DNA from: Stegostoma tigrinum
Lineage: Eukaryota
DNA: 64,000 nt
Direction: 5' to 3'
Assembly: GCF_030684315.1 (NCBI RefSeq)
Contig: NC_081396.1
Span: forward strand, 5,704,001 to 5,768,000
Part shown: positions 1-12,474 of the stretch, one piece after another
Numbering within the stretch: the stretch's first letter is position 1
Layout of the letters: every line of letters starts with the position of its first letter
Translations under genes and position numbers: made by a program
Notes under the pieces: generated by a model
The model's database searches: none
Told to the model about the DNA's origin: nothing
The model's input: the letters and a program-made list of their open reading frames with translations, nothing else

Positions 1-518
1 CCGGAATGAGCTACTCCCTCTGTTTATGTCATATTTTCTGCCTTTCCACACTTATTGCTCAAACTGTCCGCTTATTTATTTCCAGCAGATTGAATGCTAA
101 CTCAGCTAGTACTATGACAGCTGAGTTATTGTTGATGCTTCACTTCGTTTAATCATTTCTGTCATTTTTGCACATATTAGTCAACACCTTGAGTTGTTAA
201 TGGGATTTCTATACTTCTAAAAATTAAAGTCTTTTATCTGCCCACACACAGGTGTGCCGGCACTGCCCTGAAGCTTACTGCCCAGCTAAGAATTCAATGT
301 AAAAACTTTTGTAACTCCTTATCTTCCCACACATCGGTTTGCAGACACTGTCTTAAGCTTCCTGACTGAATAAAATTAGAATTACACCGTTTCAAGTACG
401 GTTAAGTAAGGAGCATTTGTAAAGGTGTGAGGCTTCTCAAGCATGTAACTTCTGTCGCTGACAAAGGGGCCAGGGCACTGACTTTGTTCTAGCCAGACAC
501 ACTGGCAAATTGAAATCG

Positions 519-650
519 CTGATGAAGGGTCTAGGCCCGAAACATCAGCTTTTGCGCTCCTGAGATGCCGCTTGGCCTGCCGTGTTCATCCAGATTCACA
601 CATTTTTATCTTGGAATCTCCAACATCTGCAGTCCCCATTATCTCTGATC
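519..650 (+). mobile_element. Penelope-like element terminal fragment with hammerhead-like core
   Basis: CTGATGA-AGGGTCTAGGCCC-GAAAC-ATC followed by the same terminal sequence seen at 3747-3972, 14600-14740 and 23130-23260. Confidence 0.65.
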
Positions 651-689
651 ACAATTTTATCTTCGTTACTTATTTACTGGATGAGGGCT

Positions 690-1000
690 TCACTCACTGG
701 GCAGAATTTATGGCCCATTCCCAACAGAAGCCATTTAGTAGTCAACCACATTGTTGTGGAACTGGAGTCACGGAATTCAGAAAGGATGGCAGTTCCCTTC
801 TCTAAAAGACACCACTGAGCCAGTTATCTGTTTCAGACAATCAATTCATAGTCACCAAAAGGCTATAATCCCAAATTAGCCTTTTTTGTTGAATTCAGAT
901 TCCACCACCTGCCGTACTAGGGTTCAAAACTGGGTCTGAACATATGGTCAGGCTGTTTGGATTGACAGCCTAGGGATTATGCGACTAGGCCAATCTCTCC
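690..1000 (-). mobile_element. Degenerate tRNA-derived SINE (SacSINE/Deu-like)
   Basis: Reverse complement resembles the + strand copies at 44670-44960 and 58080-58430 (shared GTGACTCCA...CACAACAATGTGGTTGACT core). Confidence 0.5.
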
Positions 1001-2392
1001 TCTAATCACCTAGCAATCCCTTATGAGTACCAATTCCAGTCAGTGAGAATAGGACCACAGAATACAGTGGATTTAGTTCAGACACCTGCGACTTGTTCAG
1101 CCAATGATGCATCGGATGTGTTTGAGATGAACCCGAAGTGAAGAGCGAAGGAGAATAGCGCCACAAGCTGCGGATTGAAGACATTCAACTTCCATCAGCC
1201 ATCCAGCTCAATAATGATGCTCGTTTGAAACTTTTAAGCAAAGATATTTTGTCTTAGAAAGTGCTTTACAAGATCAAATAGAGCTAAAAGTGACCATCTA
1301 CAATCAAGTACTGCTGTGAAAGTTTGTTCATTTTCAAACACTCTATGTGGGGACTGCTGAAACATCTCGACAGTTTCTATTTTTTTTTCTTAACGAAGGG
1401 TTTCCAATAGTTATTGGACAATAACTTGAGAGGGTTAGACAAGAAATTTGCTGAAACCGAAAGAAATTGCGAACATTGCAAAATATTTTTTAAAAAAACA
1501 AACTGGCATAGACGAAATGGTTAGAATGATCTGTTATTGTTTTGTGTTATGTCGTGATTTCACTTTAGAAAGCTTTGTCACCAGCATTCCGAATCAGCCA
1601 AGCCAAATTCTACTTATTCAATTGAAAGTGCTCTCTAACTGCAGAGATTGGAAGTCTACCTAGGCCTCTTTTGACCTCTCTCATACTGTGTTTCTGTAAT
1701 ATCATATTGATCATATTGTCTTCACAGGGAAAAAAGTATGCACTTTAAATTCGGATGTAGAGATAAGTTAATATCATTCCCCACAAAGTTTGCATGAGTA
1801 GTTTTACGGTTCTGTTCTGACACTCTGTGGCTCTTGAAGTCCCTCAACATTGAATAATTTTCTGAATTGATTTTTCATTTTAAGCTGCTTCCATCAGTAT
1901 TTCATGGGCATAGTGGACCAGCTGTGTCCGTGGTGTGTCCGGCAGCCATATGCATTGGTTATTCCTGTAGTGATATGAATATACTTTTGTCCATAGGATC
2001 GAATTATGAAGTATTTGATCGTGTACCAGTGTTTTCTTGCTGAATGCCACCAAGAAGTCTCGAAATTGTGTTTGTGATGGAACAGTGCATTGATGATGAC
2101 CAGCTGTCATTCAATACATTTGTTGTGGAAGAGGATTCCTTTGTAATTGGGTTTCAAGAACCCTTATTTGTCAATGTTTCCTTTCCAGAGTTGGGAGTCC
2201 AATCCAACCCCGATGTTCAAGACTCAACATTGAAGGTACACATTGATGTCAGTTCAATATCATTGGGAAGTGCCATCAAACCTGTTCGTGATAGATTCTC
2301 AACATTAGCTGGAGACCTTGAATTAGTGAACAGTTCCAGCATTCCAAGCCTTGATCATCTCAATCCAACTCTGCTGATTTACTATACCTGAG

Positions 2393-2640
2393 TTCCGACT
2401 ACCAAAGTATATCTTCATTTTCTGTCTCAAGGAAGGCACTTGAGCAATAGAAAAGAGAAAAGGAAGCGTTTCAAGGATATCCTGAAGTCTTCTGTTAAGA
2501 AACCATTAAGACATCAATGCATGAGAGAATCTCATTCAAAAGGAACAGATCAGTATCGTTTGTATGAAGGGATACAACTCCTTGTGAACACCCACACACC
2601 GAGAAATAAATACTAACGATTTCAAGGGCAAAGATTAATT
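2393..2640 (+). mobile_element. RTE-type LINE 3' fragment (degraded)
   Basis: Broken translation RLPK...KRKRFKDILKSS is typical of the RTE ORF C-terminus. Confidence 0.45.
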
Positions 2641-3746
2641 CTACCCGTTATTCCCCCCACCAAGCACAAGCCAGATGCATGGTTATAATTGCCGATATTG
2701 AATGAGGCTCATCAACCATGCAAGAACCGATAGAACTTGAAATATGGAATTTCGAAGGTCGGCAATCAAACCCCATAACAAGTGATTGCCTACCGATTTT
2801 GAGAAGCACAGCCAGTTTAGGCATCTTGCAAACTGCACTCGAACGACGTGGGAGGGAAATTTACAACCTGATGATTAGTAGTCAGTTGTGCGCTGCATAA
2901 AAGCACTGCCATGCGTCAGAGCTTTAATTTACATCCCGTAGGTTTATGGTATTAACAGGTTTATGAATGGAAATGCTAATATTCATGTAGTGAACAAACA
3001 GCAAATGCAATAACCGCTACGATTTCAGCAGAAACTTGAAAAGTGTTCTCTCGTTCTAGAAACCAAATCATCGTTGCCCTTAAGTGGAGATTCTGGTCCA
3101 CCTCTTTCTCCAATGGGACTTTCCATCGTTCCAAGCAAACTCATTCCTCCACTTTGTAATATGCTCGAGGGAAATGTACCTTCATGGCTTTTGTGAGGTC
3201 TTTTGAGATCAAATCGCTGAACAAATTCAGTGAGAAGCTACTCACCATTTCTAGCCTGGAGGTAGAATCATACAAGGTGAATCTCAAATTTTATGGATGT
3301 TACCCATTCTTTGCAGCTCAGTGCCTAAAAACAGGCTTCTGTTAGCATCATCCCGTTCTGTAACTTCTTGCAATACATCTGGTGAACACATTTTGAGATT
3401 ATCAAACCTCTGTTTTCTTCACATTGAAACCTAAGACGAGATGATGAACGGTTTCAAAGTTTAACACTGTGCATGGGGCTGGAAGGAGAGTTTGATGGTG
3501 AATTACTGTCTCTGCACACTGCTGAAAACCGTATCTTGGTGAATCAGAATGAACAGTATTCTTATCTATTTTAAAAGCCATGTGCAATCACAACGCTTCT
3601 CAACACCTTGTGTCTACACTTCCCTGGCTCAAGTTTCCAATTTCAAATTGACCAACATTGAAACAAATGGATGCAAGTAGCTGTAAACAAGTGGAGGAGG
3701 AAATGGAAACATCAATAGAATGTGTGGGAAACTCTGTGGTGTTATG

Positions 3747-3972
3747 AGTGATAATGGGAACTGCAGATGCTGGAGAATCCAAGATAATAAAGTGTGAAGC
3801 TGGATGAACACAGCAGGCCAAGCAGCATCTCAGGAGCACAAAAGCTGACGTTTCGGACTTAGACCCTCCATCAGAGAGGTCTCTGATGGAGGGTCTAGCC
3901 CCGAAACGTCAGCTTTTGTGCTCCTGAGATGCTGCTTGGCCTGCTGTCTTCATCCAGCTTCACACTTTATTA
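3747..3972. mobile_element. Penelope-like element insertion forming a ~96-bp-arm inverted repeat, with 14-bp TSD
   Basis: Arms ~3782-3877 and 3880-3975 are near-perfect reverse complements; TCTGTGGTGTTATG is duplicated at 3733-3746 and 3973-3986. Confidence 0.8.
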
Positions 3973-4732
3973 TCTGTGGTGTTATGGTTCAGTCAGATGA
4001 AGCCCTTTACCCGATAAATGTGAAATTCTCGATTCAGATTCCAACAGCACTTCTACATTTATTTTAAGATCTGTTAGTCACATTTTCTGTACTAGTATGA
4101 TATTCACCCAATCAGAAATCTGAAGACGCCTGAGTTAGAATATTACCAATGACTCCCAAGTGAACTCTGGTTAAAAATAGCGTTCAGTCTGGGAGTTAGA
4201 AACTTGCGTCAGAAGAAACTATGCTGAACTGGAATACGGTAATTCCATGGTTATCTCAGGAACTTAAAGAAAAAATCGCTTTCAAAAAGTCCCTGTTGAG
4301 AAGTTCAGTGGCAAGAAAGAGGATTGGAATGGAATAAAGAAAATGATGGTGCAAATGCACTGCTAGAACCAAACGAAAACTGCCTACCAATTTAAAAAGA
4401 TTAGTGACCCTCCAGTGTGCACTGAGTAGGTTGTACGAGGAAAGTGGAGACAAAGAAGCGAGGCTGATGATGTTCGTCTCATAGAAGATCCAGAGCACCA
4501 TTTGTAACATCATCTGTCTGATTATGTTGCCAATTTCAACCAGTTCGTATTTTTCAACTTAAAATTCAAAGTCGTCTTAATAGATAGTGATTGATTTGTA
4601 AATTCGGGAGTGATTCAATGAGGCATGGATGTCATTGCATATCAGGCACTGAAAGAAAGCATGCAACAGGAAGGAAGTTGGAGGAAGGATGTTAATTCAT
4701 GAAAATTATACAATTATTTGTTTTTCCATATT

Positions 4733-7700
4733 TGATTATGCTGTTGCTTTAAAAAGGTTATTTTGTACCTTGTTTGAAGGGAGGTTGTAAACGAGCAACA
4801 CGGAGCAACAGTTTAACAATAGAAGGGAGCGGCCAGTTCTCCCAGTTCATTTGCTTTTATAGTTTATTTTAGCCAGAGCTGTCACAACATGTTTTGAGTG
4901 CCAGAGGGTTGCAAGCTTCAGTAAATAATTCCTCAGTGAATTTCTCTGAAATACCTCTGGCTGTTGTTCCGTCCTGCCCGTGAGAATCGCTGTTTGCACT
5001 TAGCATTTTGCCTCGAGGTGCGTTTAGGGGATGTTATATAGTGCAACAGTTAATGAGTTAAATTGCTGTACCGGATCAGTTAAGTTTTCCAAAAGGCAAG
5101 TTGCTCTAAATGCCAATTTCTTTTGTTTGTTTTTCAACAGTAGTACTTAAGTAAATTCTGTTTTGTTTGAAGTCGAGTTGTTCGAACAGTTGCACAACAC
5201 TCAGAACATCGAATTAACATCTGCCTTTAAAATAAGAAGAAGTTCAGCTCTCGGCTACCTTCTTAAAATATTTTGAGGTGTCTGGCCTGGCCACTAACAG
5301 ACTGTGTGTCTTGCTGGGATGATGCTATGATTCAAATTTAGGTTTAGTTTTGAGACTTAGGGTTGATGGATACAAAGGCACTCCATGCTTGGTGTTAGTT
5401 GTCTTCTGTTTCAGAAGTTGAATTCGGTTGTTTTAAATACTGCTTGGTGTAGTATTGGCTCTTTCAGTCACGACGCCTTTTATGGGGAGGGAGGAGGAAG
5501 TGACTTTAGTCATTTCACGAAAGATGGCCAAGGCTAAGCTGTTGGAAGTGGCAGTCAAGCTGGAGTTGGGATTGCCTTTGACTGTGAGTAAAGGAGATTA
5601 TAGCAATAGCCCGACATTGAAATTTGCTGTAAATGCCAACAGAATCTTTGGAAATGTCTAGAAATCAATTGCAGATGAAACAACTTGGACGTGAAAGGGA
5701 GCTGAAACAGCTTGAATTATGGTTAAAAATCAGAGGAAAGAGAAAAGAAAAGAACTGCCCTCACAAAACAAAAAGAAAATGACAGAATTTCCCAAGCAGA
5801 ACAAAAAGGAAAGGCTGTGAAGACCCGAGCAGAAGAAAGGGAGAAAGAGAGAGAAGGAAAGCAGAAAGAGAGTTTGAATTTCAGGTGCTGGCATTTAGGC
5901 AGGAAAGCCGACTGAAAAGAATGGAGGTGAAGGTAGAAAGATGGTCAGTGAGGAGGATAGTGATGATCACCACGTCCATCATATCGAAGGACCTGATGGA
6001 GATCTATTTAACTATATTCAAGCAGTGTCTAAATTTGATGCAGAGGAAACTGAAGTAGTTTTCATTTCGTTTAAGGAAATGGCTAAACAAATGAAGCAGA
6101 TGGTGAACGTGCAGAATTTGTTGATACAAACAAAACTGCGAAGGAGAGCTCGTGACTTATTTGCATCATTATCCGACTAGGTACCTGAGGAGTATGATGA
6201 GGTGAAGAAATCCATCTCAGGAGCAAATGAAATTGTGCCAGAAGCCTACAGGCCACCATTCAGGAATGCAAGGAGGGATTCTGATCAAATGAACATTGGG
6301 TTTGAAAGGATCAAACAAAGCAATTTCGAAAGGTGGATGATGGCATTAAAAATATATCAAACATTTGATACTCTGAGAGAGACGAATATTTTGGAGGAAT
6401 TCAAAAATTCTCCTCCTAAGGTCGTGAGAACTCATGTGGAAAACCAAAGAGTTAAAACTGCAAGGTTATGAGTTTGCTCAAAATTCAAAGTTTGGCTTCC
6501 AACATCAATTTCTATCCATCAGGGATAGAAACTGGGCAAAAGAGAAATCCTCAAGTAGTCAGGGAAAATTACATCTCAGTGAATATAGTAAAAATGGCTT
6601 AACATAGAGTAAAAATGCAACCCGTGAAGGCGAACGAGAAGTTAAAAATATCTTGCACGTGTTTTCACTGCAATGAAGTAAGCCACATGAAGTCGTAATG
6701 CTGGTGGATTAGAAAGAACACCGGGAAGACGAATGGAGAAAAATAGGATCAGCCAGTGAATTTTGTAGAACTGGTAAAGGAAAAAACGGTGGAGGTTAAA
6801 ATGATGCACCAGAATGTGCAAGGTAGTTCCAGATCTTCTGAGGACATTTACTTGCGAATGTAAGGTTTACTTGCATAGTCCGAGATCAGGAAGTAAAGAA
6901 GTTACAGAATTAAGAGATTTGGGATCATGTCAATCTCTGATGTTGATAGATGAGAAGATATGCTGTTCACAAGAACAATAAAAGTTACAGCTTATGGAAT
7001 TCATGATGAGACGAGAAGTGTTCCATTATGTCGAATGAAGTTGGAGAGTTCAGTGAAAGGTGGAGACGTTGTGGGAGGAGTACTGGAGAAAATCTTTTCT
7101 CCTGGAATACAATTCATCCTTGATAATGATATCGCTGGATGACAGGTAGGAGTGCTGCCTACTGTGGTTGAAAAGCCAGTGGAAAATCAGGAAACTGACG
7201 TATTGTTGAAGTATATCCTGAGATCTTTTTCTGACTGTATGATAACAATCTCACAAAGCTATCAGATGAAACAAGAGTAGAAATCAAAGAATACAGATAA
7301 GGAAATTGAAGTAGAATTATCAGAGACCAACTTTGATTGAATGGTTGGGGGGAAGAAAGAACAGATGGAGGGCAAAATGGATATTATTAGCTCAGAGAAA
7401 TTAACTGAATTACAACTGAAGGATGAAAAACTGAAGTAATTGTATCAAAAAGCGTACACAGAAAAAGAATGTAACCGTATTCCTCAATGCTACTATCTTT
7501 AAAATGATGTATTGATGAGGAAATGAAGACCATCGGTTTTTTCAGACTAATGAGAAATGCACAGTCGTTCATCATATTTTATTACCACCGAGCGTTAGAG
7601 AGGAGGCATTGAGTGTAACACCCGATTTGCTAGTAGGATGTCCTTCGGGGTTAAGAAAAATGCAAAAACATTTTACTGGCCTGGACTTCATAAGAATTTA

Positions 7701-8880
7701 GTTGAATTTTGCCAGATATGTCGTATATGTCAGGTAATTGGAAAACCTCAAGCAGTAATAAAGCCAGCACCAATAACACCTATTCCTGCATTTGAGGAAA
7801 CCTTTTACAAGGTTTTTAATGGATTGCGTAGCACCCCTATCTAATGCAAAAATTTGGGATCAGTGTTTGTTGGTGTGCCCAGTAGATTTCCAGATGCCAT
7901 CACAATATGCAATATCCAAGATAAAACGATTGCAGAAGAGTTATTCTTATTTTGTTTTCAATAGATACGGACTATCCACTGAGATACAATCATATGAAGG
8001 GTCACATTTTGCATCAAAATTATTCCGGTAAGTTATGGGTTGCGTACCAGAATCGTACAGAGTGCTAGAAATGTGGCATCAAATTTTAAAGAACATGTTA
8101 AGGGCTTAAAGTTAAAGCTATCCAGATACTTGTGATAAAGGAATTCTGTTTGCATTTCCTGCAATTCGGGATGAACCAAATTTATCGACAAAATCCGATC
8201 TATTTGAATAAGTATTTGGGCATGAAGCGAGAGGACCACTGAATTTAATTAAGGAGAAAATTGTAAGTCAGACTACAGAGATCACATGCTTGGACTCTGG
8301 ATCAAATTTTGGGGAGCGATTACATAGAGCACGGAGTTGGCTATGCAGCATTTAAACATCGCACAAAACATAATGAAACAGGAAGCAGACATGAAATTAA
8401 ACGGTCGTAATTTTCTTAGTTTTCCAGATAAAGTTTTAGTACTACTTCTGGTGATAGGTAAACATTTAAAAGTAAAGTTTAACGAATCTTATCAAGTCGA
8501 AAGAAGATTGAAGTGAAGTATTTGGTAAGTATTCCTGACAGAAATACATCAGAGTGTGTCATGAGAATGTACTCAAAAGGTACCTTGACAGGGAAGGTAA
8601 GCCAAAGGAGAATGTGTTACTGGTTTAAACACAGAGTGAAGGATCACGAGAGAATTGTGAATTGTCCATTCCTCAAATTAAGTTGGATGATGACGAAGTT
8701 CTTAAAAATTGGGATAACTTATTGAGCTACCTTCCAGAGGAATATCGAAATCATCTGAAAGAGTTATTATTATCGCATGGGGAGATATGTGGTAATAAGC
8801 TAGGAAGTAATAATTTAACTATGCATGATGTAGATACAGAAAATGTTGTTCCAATTTTTTAATATTTTGAGGTGTCCGTT
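4733..8880 (+). mobile_element. Degraded Gypsy LTR retrotransposon, Gmr1-like (LTR ~4733-5299, gag, PR, INT, start of RT)
   Basis: Gag-like ORF pieces 5455-6471; zinc-knuckle remnant ~6660; protease-like LRDLG ~6910; integrase Zn-finger FYWPGL...CQICRIC (7638-7844) and core (7792-8031); then the RT-entry HDVDT..PI at ~8820. Homologous to the copy at 23740-29388. Confidence 0.85.
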
Positions 8881-11572
8881 TTGTTAAACTCACCCTTCAT
8901 TTTTTTCTATCATCTCACCATTCCCGAATTGTGACATTCTGCAATCTGGTCTCTTTGCACATCATGAATTCCCATCACTCAGTTGGTATAAGTTATGCCT
9001 GCAGTTGCCAGGGCTCTGAGAGCTAAAACAAACCCACCTCCCCACCGCCCCACACTACTCCCAATAGGTCCGTCTTTGATTCCTTCTGTAGAATGATCCT
9101 GCGAACCAAAATGATTGATCACATTTTGGTGATCTACTGTAATGCTTCCTTCTGCTGTTCAGTTTCAGATTGTTTGTCATATCTCGTGTGAATTATCCAC
9201 CACAGTGCCCACAGCAGTAGCTGGAGAAAACAGTTGCATTCTAGTTCCTGAGACAAATACCAGAAATAGGCATCATAATACAAGCAGAAACTGATGGCGA
9301 ACCTCAGTCATTTGACCTTCCCTATGGACACAGAAACTGAGGAAACATTCAGAGTCCAACGGAACTCTACATGAGCAGCATATATTCGCTGTGGAAACAA
9401 CATTCACATCCCACTAACAGTTAAAACAAATTATGACCACATTAACAGTGGGAATATCAAGTGGGTGATCACCGTACGGTAAGGTACTGTAACAGTTAAG
9501 TCATTCCTGAAGCCAGAGTATCCATGAGTGTAACGACCAAATATATTGTATGTTACAATTTATTAAATAAATGTAATCATCCATTTTCAGATACATTTGT
9601 AAGATGCAGTCATGCACTTCACGGACTTTGATTCATTGTTACTTTCATCAACACTAACTCGACGAAAATGCACTTTGCAGAATTATGGTAAAACCTAATG
9701 CTAAATAATGACAATTATTAATGATACAGGCAACACCATACTTTGGCATACATGTTTCACAAATCGACTAAAAGCTATTTCTGTGAACGCAGAGTATTAC
9801 AACTTAATTAAGAGCATGCTTTACTGCATAATACAAACATAATTGCTACACTTTACACAATTTACTTATCACATTCTGTCAGGTATAGTTTTAAACAAGT
9901 GTAATTCATGCAGCAATGAATATTTGAAATAAAAATGAAAATGACGAAACAAAATCAGCTGAGATTTAGAAAACAATAAATAACTTATTTAACATCGTGA
10001 CTTATCAGAGACGCCAACAACAGCGAGAATGGGGTACAAAATTGCAAAACTGTGCACATTCGCTGCCACGTGCATTGTGTTTCGGAAACTGTTGGAATTG
10101 CACAAACTCTATGCCTTTACTCTGTGACACTTCCAAAGCTTCACTCATTTGTTTCTGGTGAGACTCTCCAGCCTTCTGAAGACTTGCCCTTCGCCTGTCG
10201 TGTTGGTTACCCTAAGGTTGAACTTACCATCAGTCAGATATTTTAATTGATAGCCACCATGTAAGCCTCTAGAATTAGAGTGAATGTGCTTCACCAATGT
10301 AGTGAGATGAACTGATCGTTCAAAAAGGAGTATTCAGTGTAAGGAAGGCCTGTAAAGACGCTGGCTGCCAGCAAACGATTTTGTTTTGTTGTTCATAGAT
10401 TGTCTACAGAACCTACCAGGGAGCTAAATCCATGCCGGGCCTAAAACGAGCCAAATTAGAATAAAACTTCCTCCCCTTCCAATAGCAAATTGTCTAAATA
10501 ACTCTCAATTCCTCTTTGACTGCAACCTGAACTAATTTTTGCGCCAGTTTCTCTTCTATTTCCTGTCACAATTTGACAGAGCTTGTCTTACACATGAGAC
10601 CAGACCCCTACTACCTCAACCCATTCATTCTAAATGATTAATCGTCAGCTTACCCATGTTCACCAATGTAGTTTACAGAGATCTCATTGGTTCTATATCT
10701 CTCACTTCTTCATCCATTGTCATTTCTCATATGGAGCAAAAAATAGTTGGCCCCATTTGTTCTTCAAAATGCTGTTACCTACCCCATTCCTACACCGCTG
10801 TGGCAAAATTGGTGACCCCAAAAATCCATTTATGCTCCTTCTATTTCTCACCTACACCATCCTCCAAGGTAGCATCAACCTGAAACATAATGTTTCACAC
10901 AACACGAACAACCCCAATCTCAGCATCATTACTGCCACATTCTTAAAGAACGATGTGGGACAGAATCACCCTCACAATCTCAGCCATAGATTTAACTCCA
11001 AGATAATCTGCATATATCCAAACTCTTGCTGACGCCAGATATATCCCTCCCTATGCCATTGCACATTCACAACCCAGCACAGCTAATCTGCCACTGAAAT
11101 GTTCATTAATCTGTGTGTTCACGTTAATCTTGACGATTTTAATGCTCAAATGCTCAATCTGTAACTTTCACCCCCTAAACATGGCTGTTGGTGTGCGCCC
11201 TCAGACTTAGTGTGCGATAGGAGCCCGTGCTGGGAACTCGTAATTGGTGCACTCAGCATGGACCTTACTCGCTTGAGTGAAGTACCTTATATACAAACGA
11301 GAAATTGTGCTACACATTGAAATAACCTGATGAACTGAAATAACAGGAGGAAGTTTTTCCTGTTTGAATAATAAAACCAATCAATGAGGATGCCGGAAAC
11401 CTGAAATAAGAACAGAAATGCTGGAAAAAATTCAGCAAGTCTAGCGACAGCTGCAGAAAGAAAGTAGAGTCAACATTCATGTCTAGTAATCCTCCTTGTC
11501 TGGTTATCACACTCGCCACTTTCATCAGTGATGAAGAATCACTGGATTCGAAACATCGACTGTGGATTTGTT

Positions 11573-12474
11573 TCACTGTTTAATACAAGCAGTAATCATA
11601 GTAAAGGGACACATCAGCATATTCTTCAATTCCTCTCGAAACCTGATCTGTGATATTGCATAAATGAAGACGTTGTTACAGGAGCTTAGTAACTGGAGCA
11701 TGTTAGCCATCTCTTGAAAGATGTACAATGGGTCATTGAAATTCAGACCCGTGAAATATCCCACACCTGTAACCCGCACATAGAGGAACTGCCCGACGTA
11801 GGTCACCCACAGGAAGAGGAAGCTGAGAGAGATGGTGAAAAGCAGCACGATGGACTTATTGCGGTTGGCCATCTCTGAATCTTTGTGACTCAATGCACCT
11901 TGAAGCCTCTTGCGGGCTCTGCTGGCCACGAAGATGTGTCTCACAGTTAGTGCATTAAGAAGCAGTATGAAAAGAAATGGAAGAAATGGGGTTAAGATGT
12001 GGTCCAGCCAGTGGTAGGCCTTCCAGACAGGCAAAGTATAGAAGGAGACTTTGACGTCACAGAACCACGGCACTTTATCCTGAATGTACAAGGGTTGGTA
12101 GATGAAATAAAAGGGAATATTCTTGATGCAGCTCAGGACACAAATAGTTCCTATAACCAACAGTGCAATTTGCTCAGTACAGTATCTGGTCTTCAGGTTC
12201 TGGCAACAGATGGCGACAAAGCGGTCAATGGTGAATGCCACTGTCAGCCAAACAGAGCTATCCCGAGTGCAACGAACCAGCACCGCACTAAGCGTGCAAC
12301 CAAGTGTAGTTGAGAGAGCACTGTACCTTAAGTAGATACGTCCAATCCGGTTGAGGATGACAGAGGTGATAATGACAAGGAAATCAAACACCCCTATGAC
12401 CAATAAGTAGTAAGTGACGCACCGAGAGAGTCCACAACATCCTCGGGAAAGGATTATGATTGCCACCAAATTGG
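11573..12474 (-). CDS. Exon 2 of GPCR copy 1
   Basis: Uninterrupted ORF (track 11573..12469) extended to the AG acceptor; in frame with exon 1. Confidence 0.92.

Noticed and set aside
1787-2391. CACAGAG near 1828 (minus strand) and 115-aa ORF 2044-2391
   Set aside because: No nonamer at 12 or 23 nt; the ORF has no recognisable domain or exon signals.
3480-4060. Minus-strand V-like words (LQLLASI, VHSDSPRY) around the palindrome
   Set aside because: No canonical Cys/Trp and no RSS with valid spacing.
11999-12335. ORFs overlapping the GPCR exons (also 55231-55611, 55869-56132)
   Set aside because: Antisense or alternate-frame shadows of the 7TM coding sequence.
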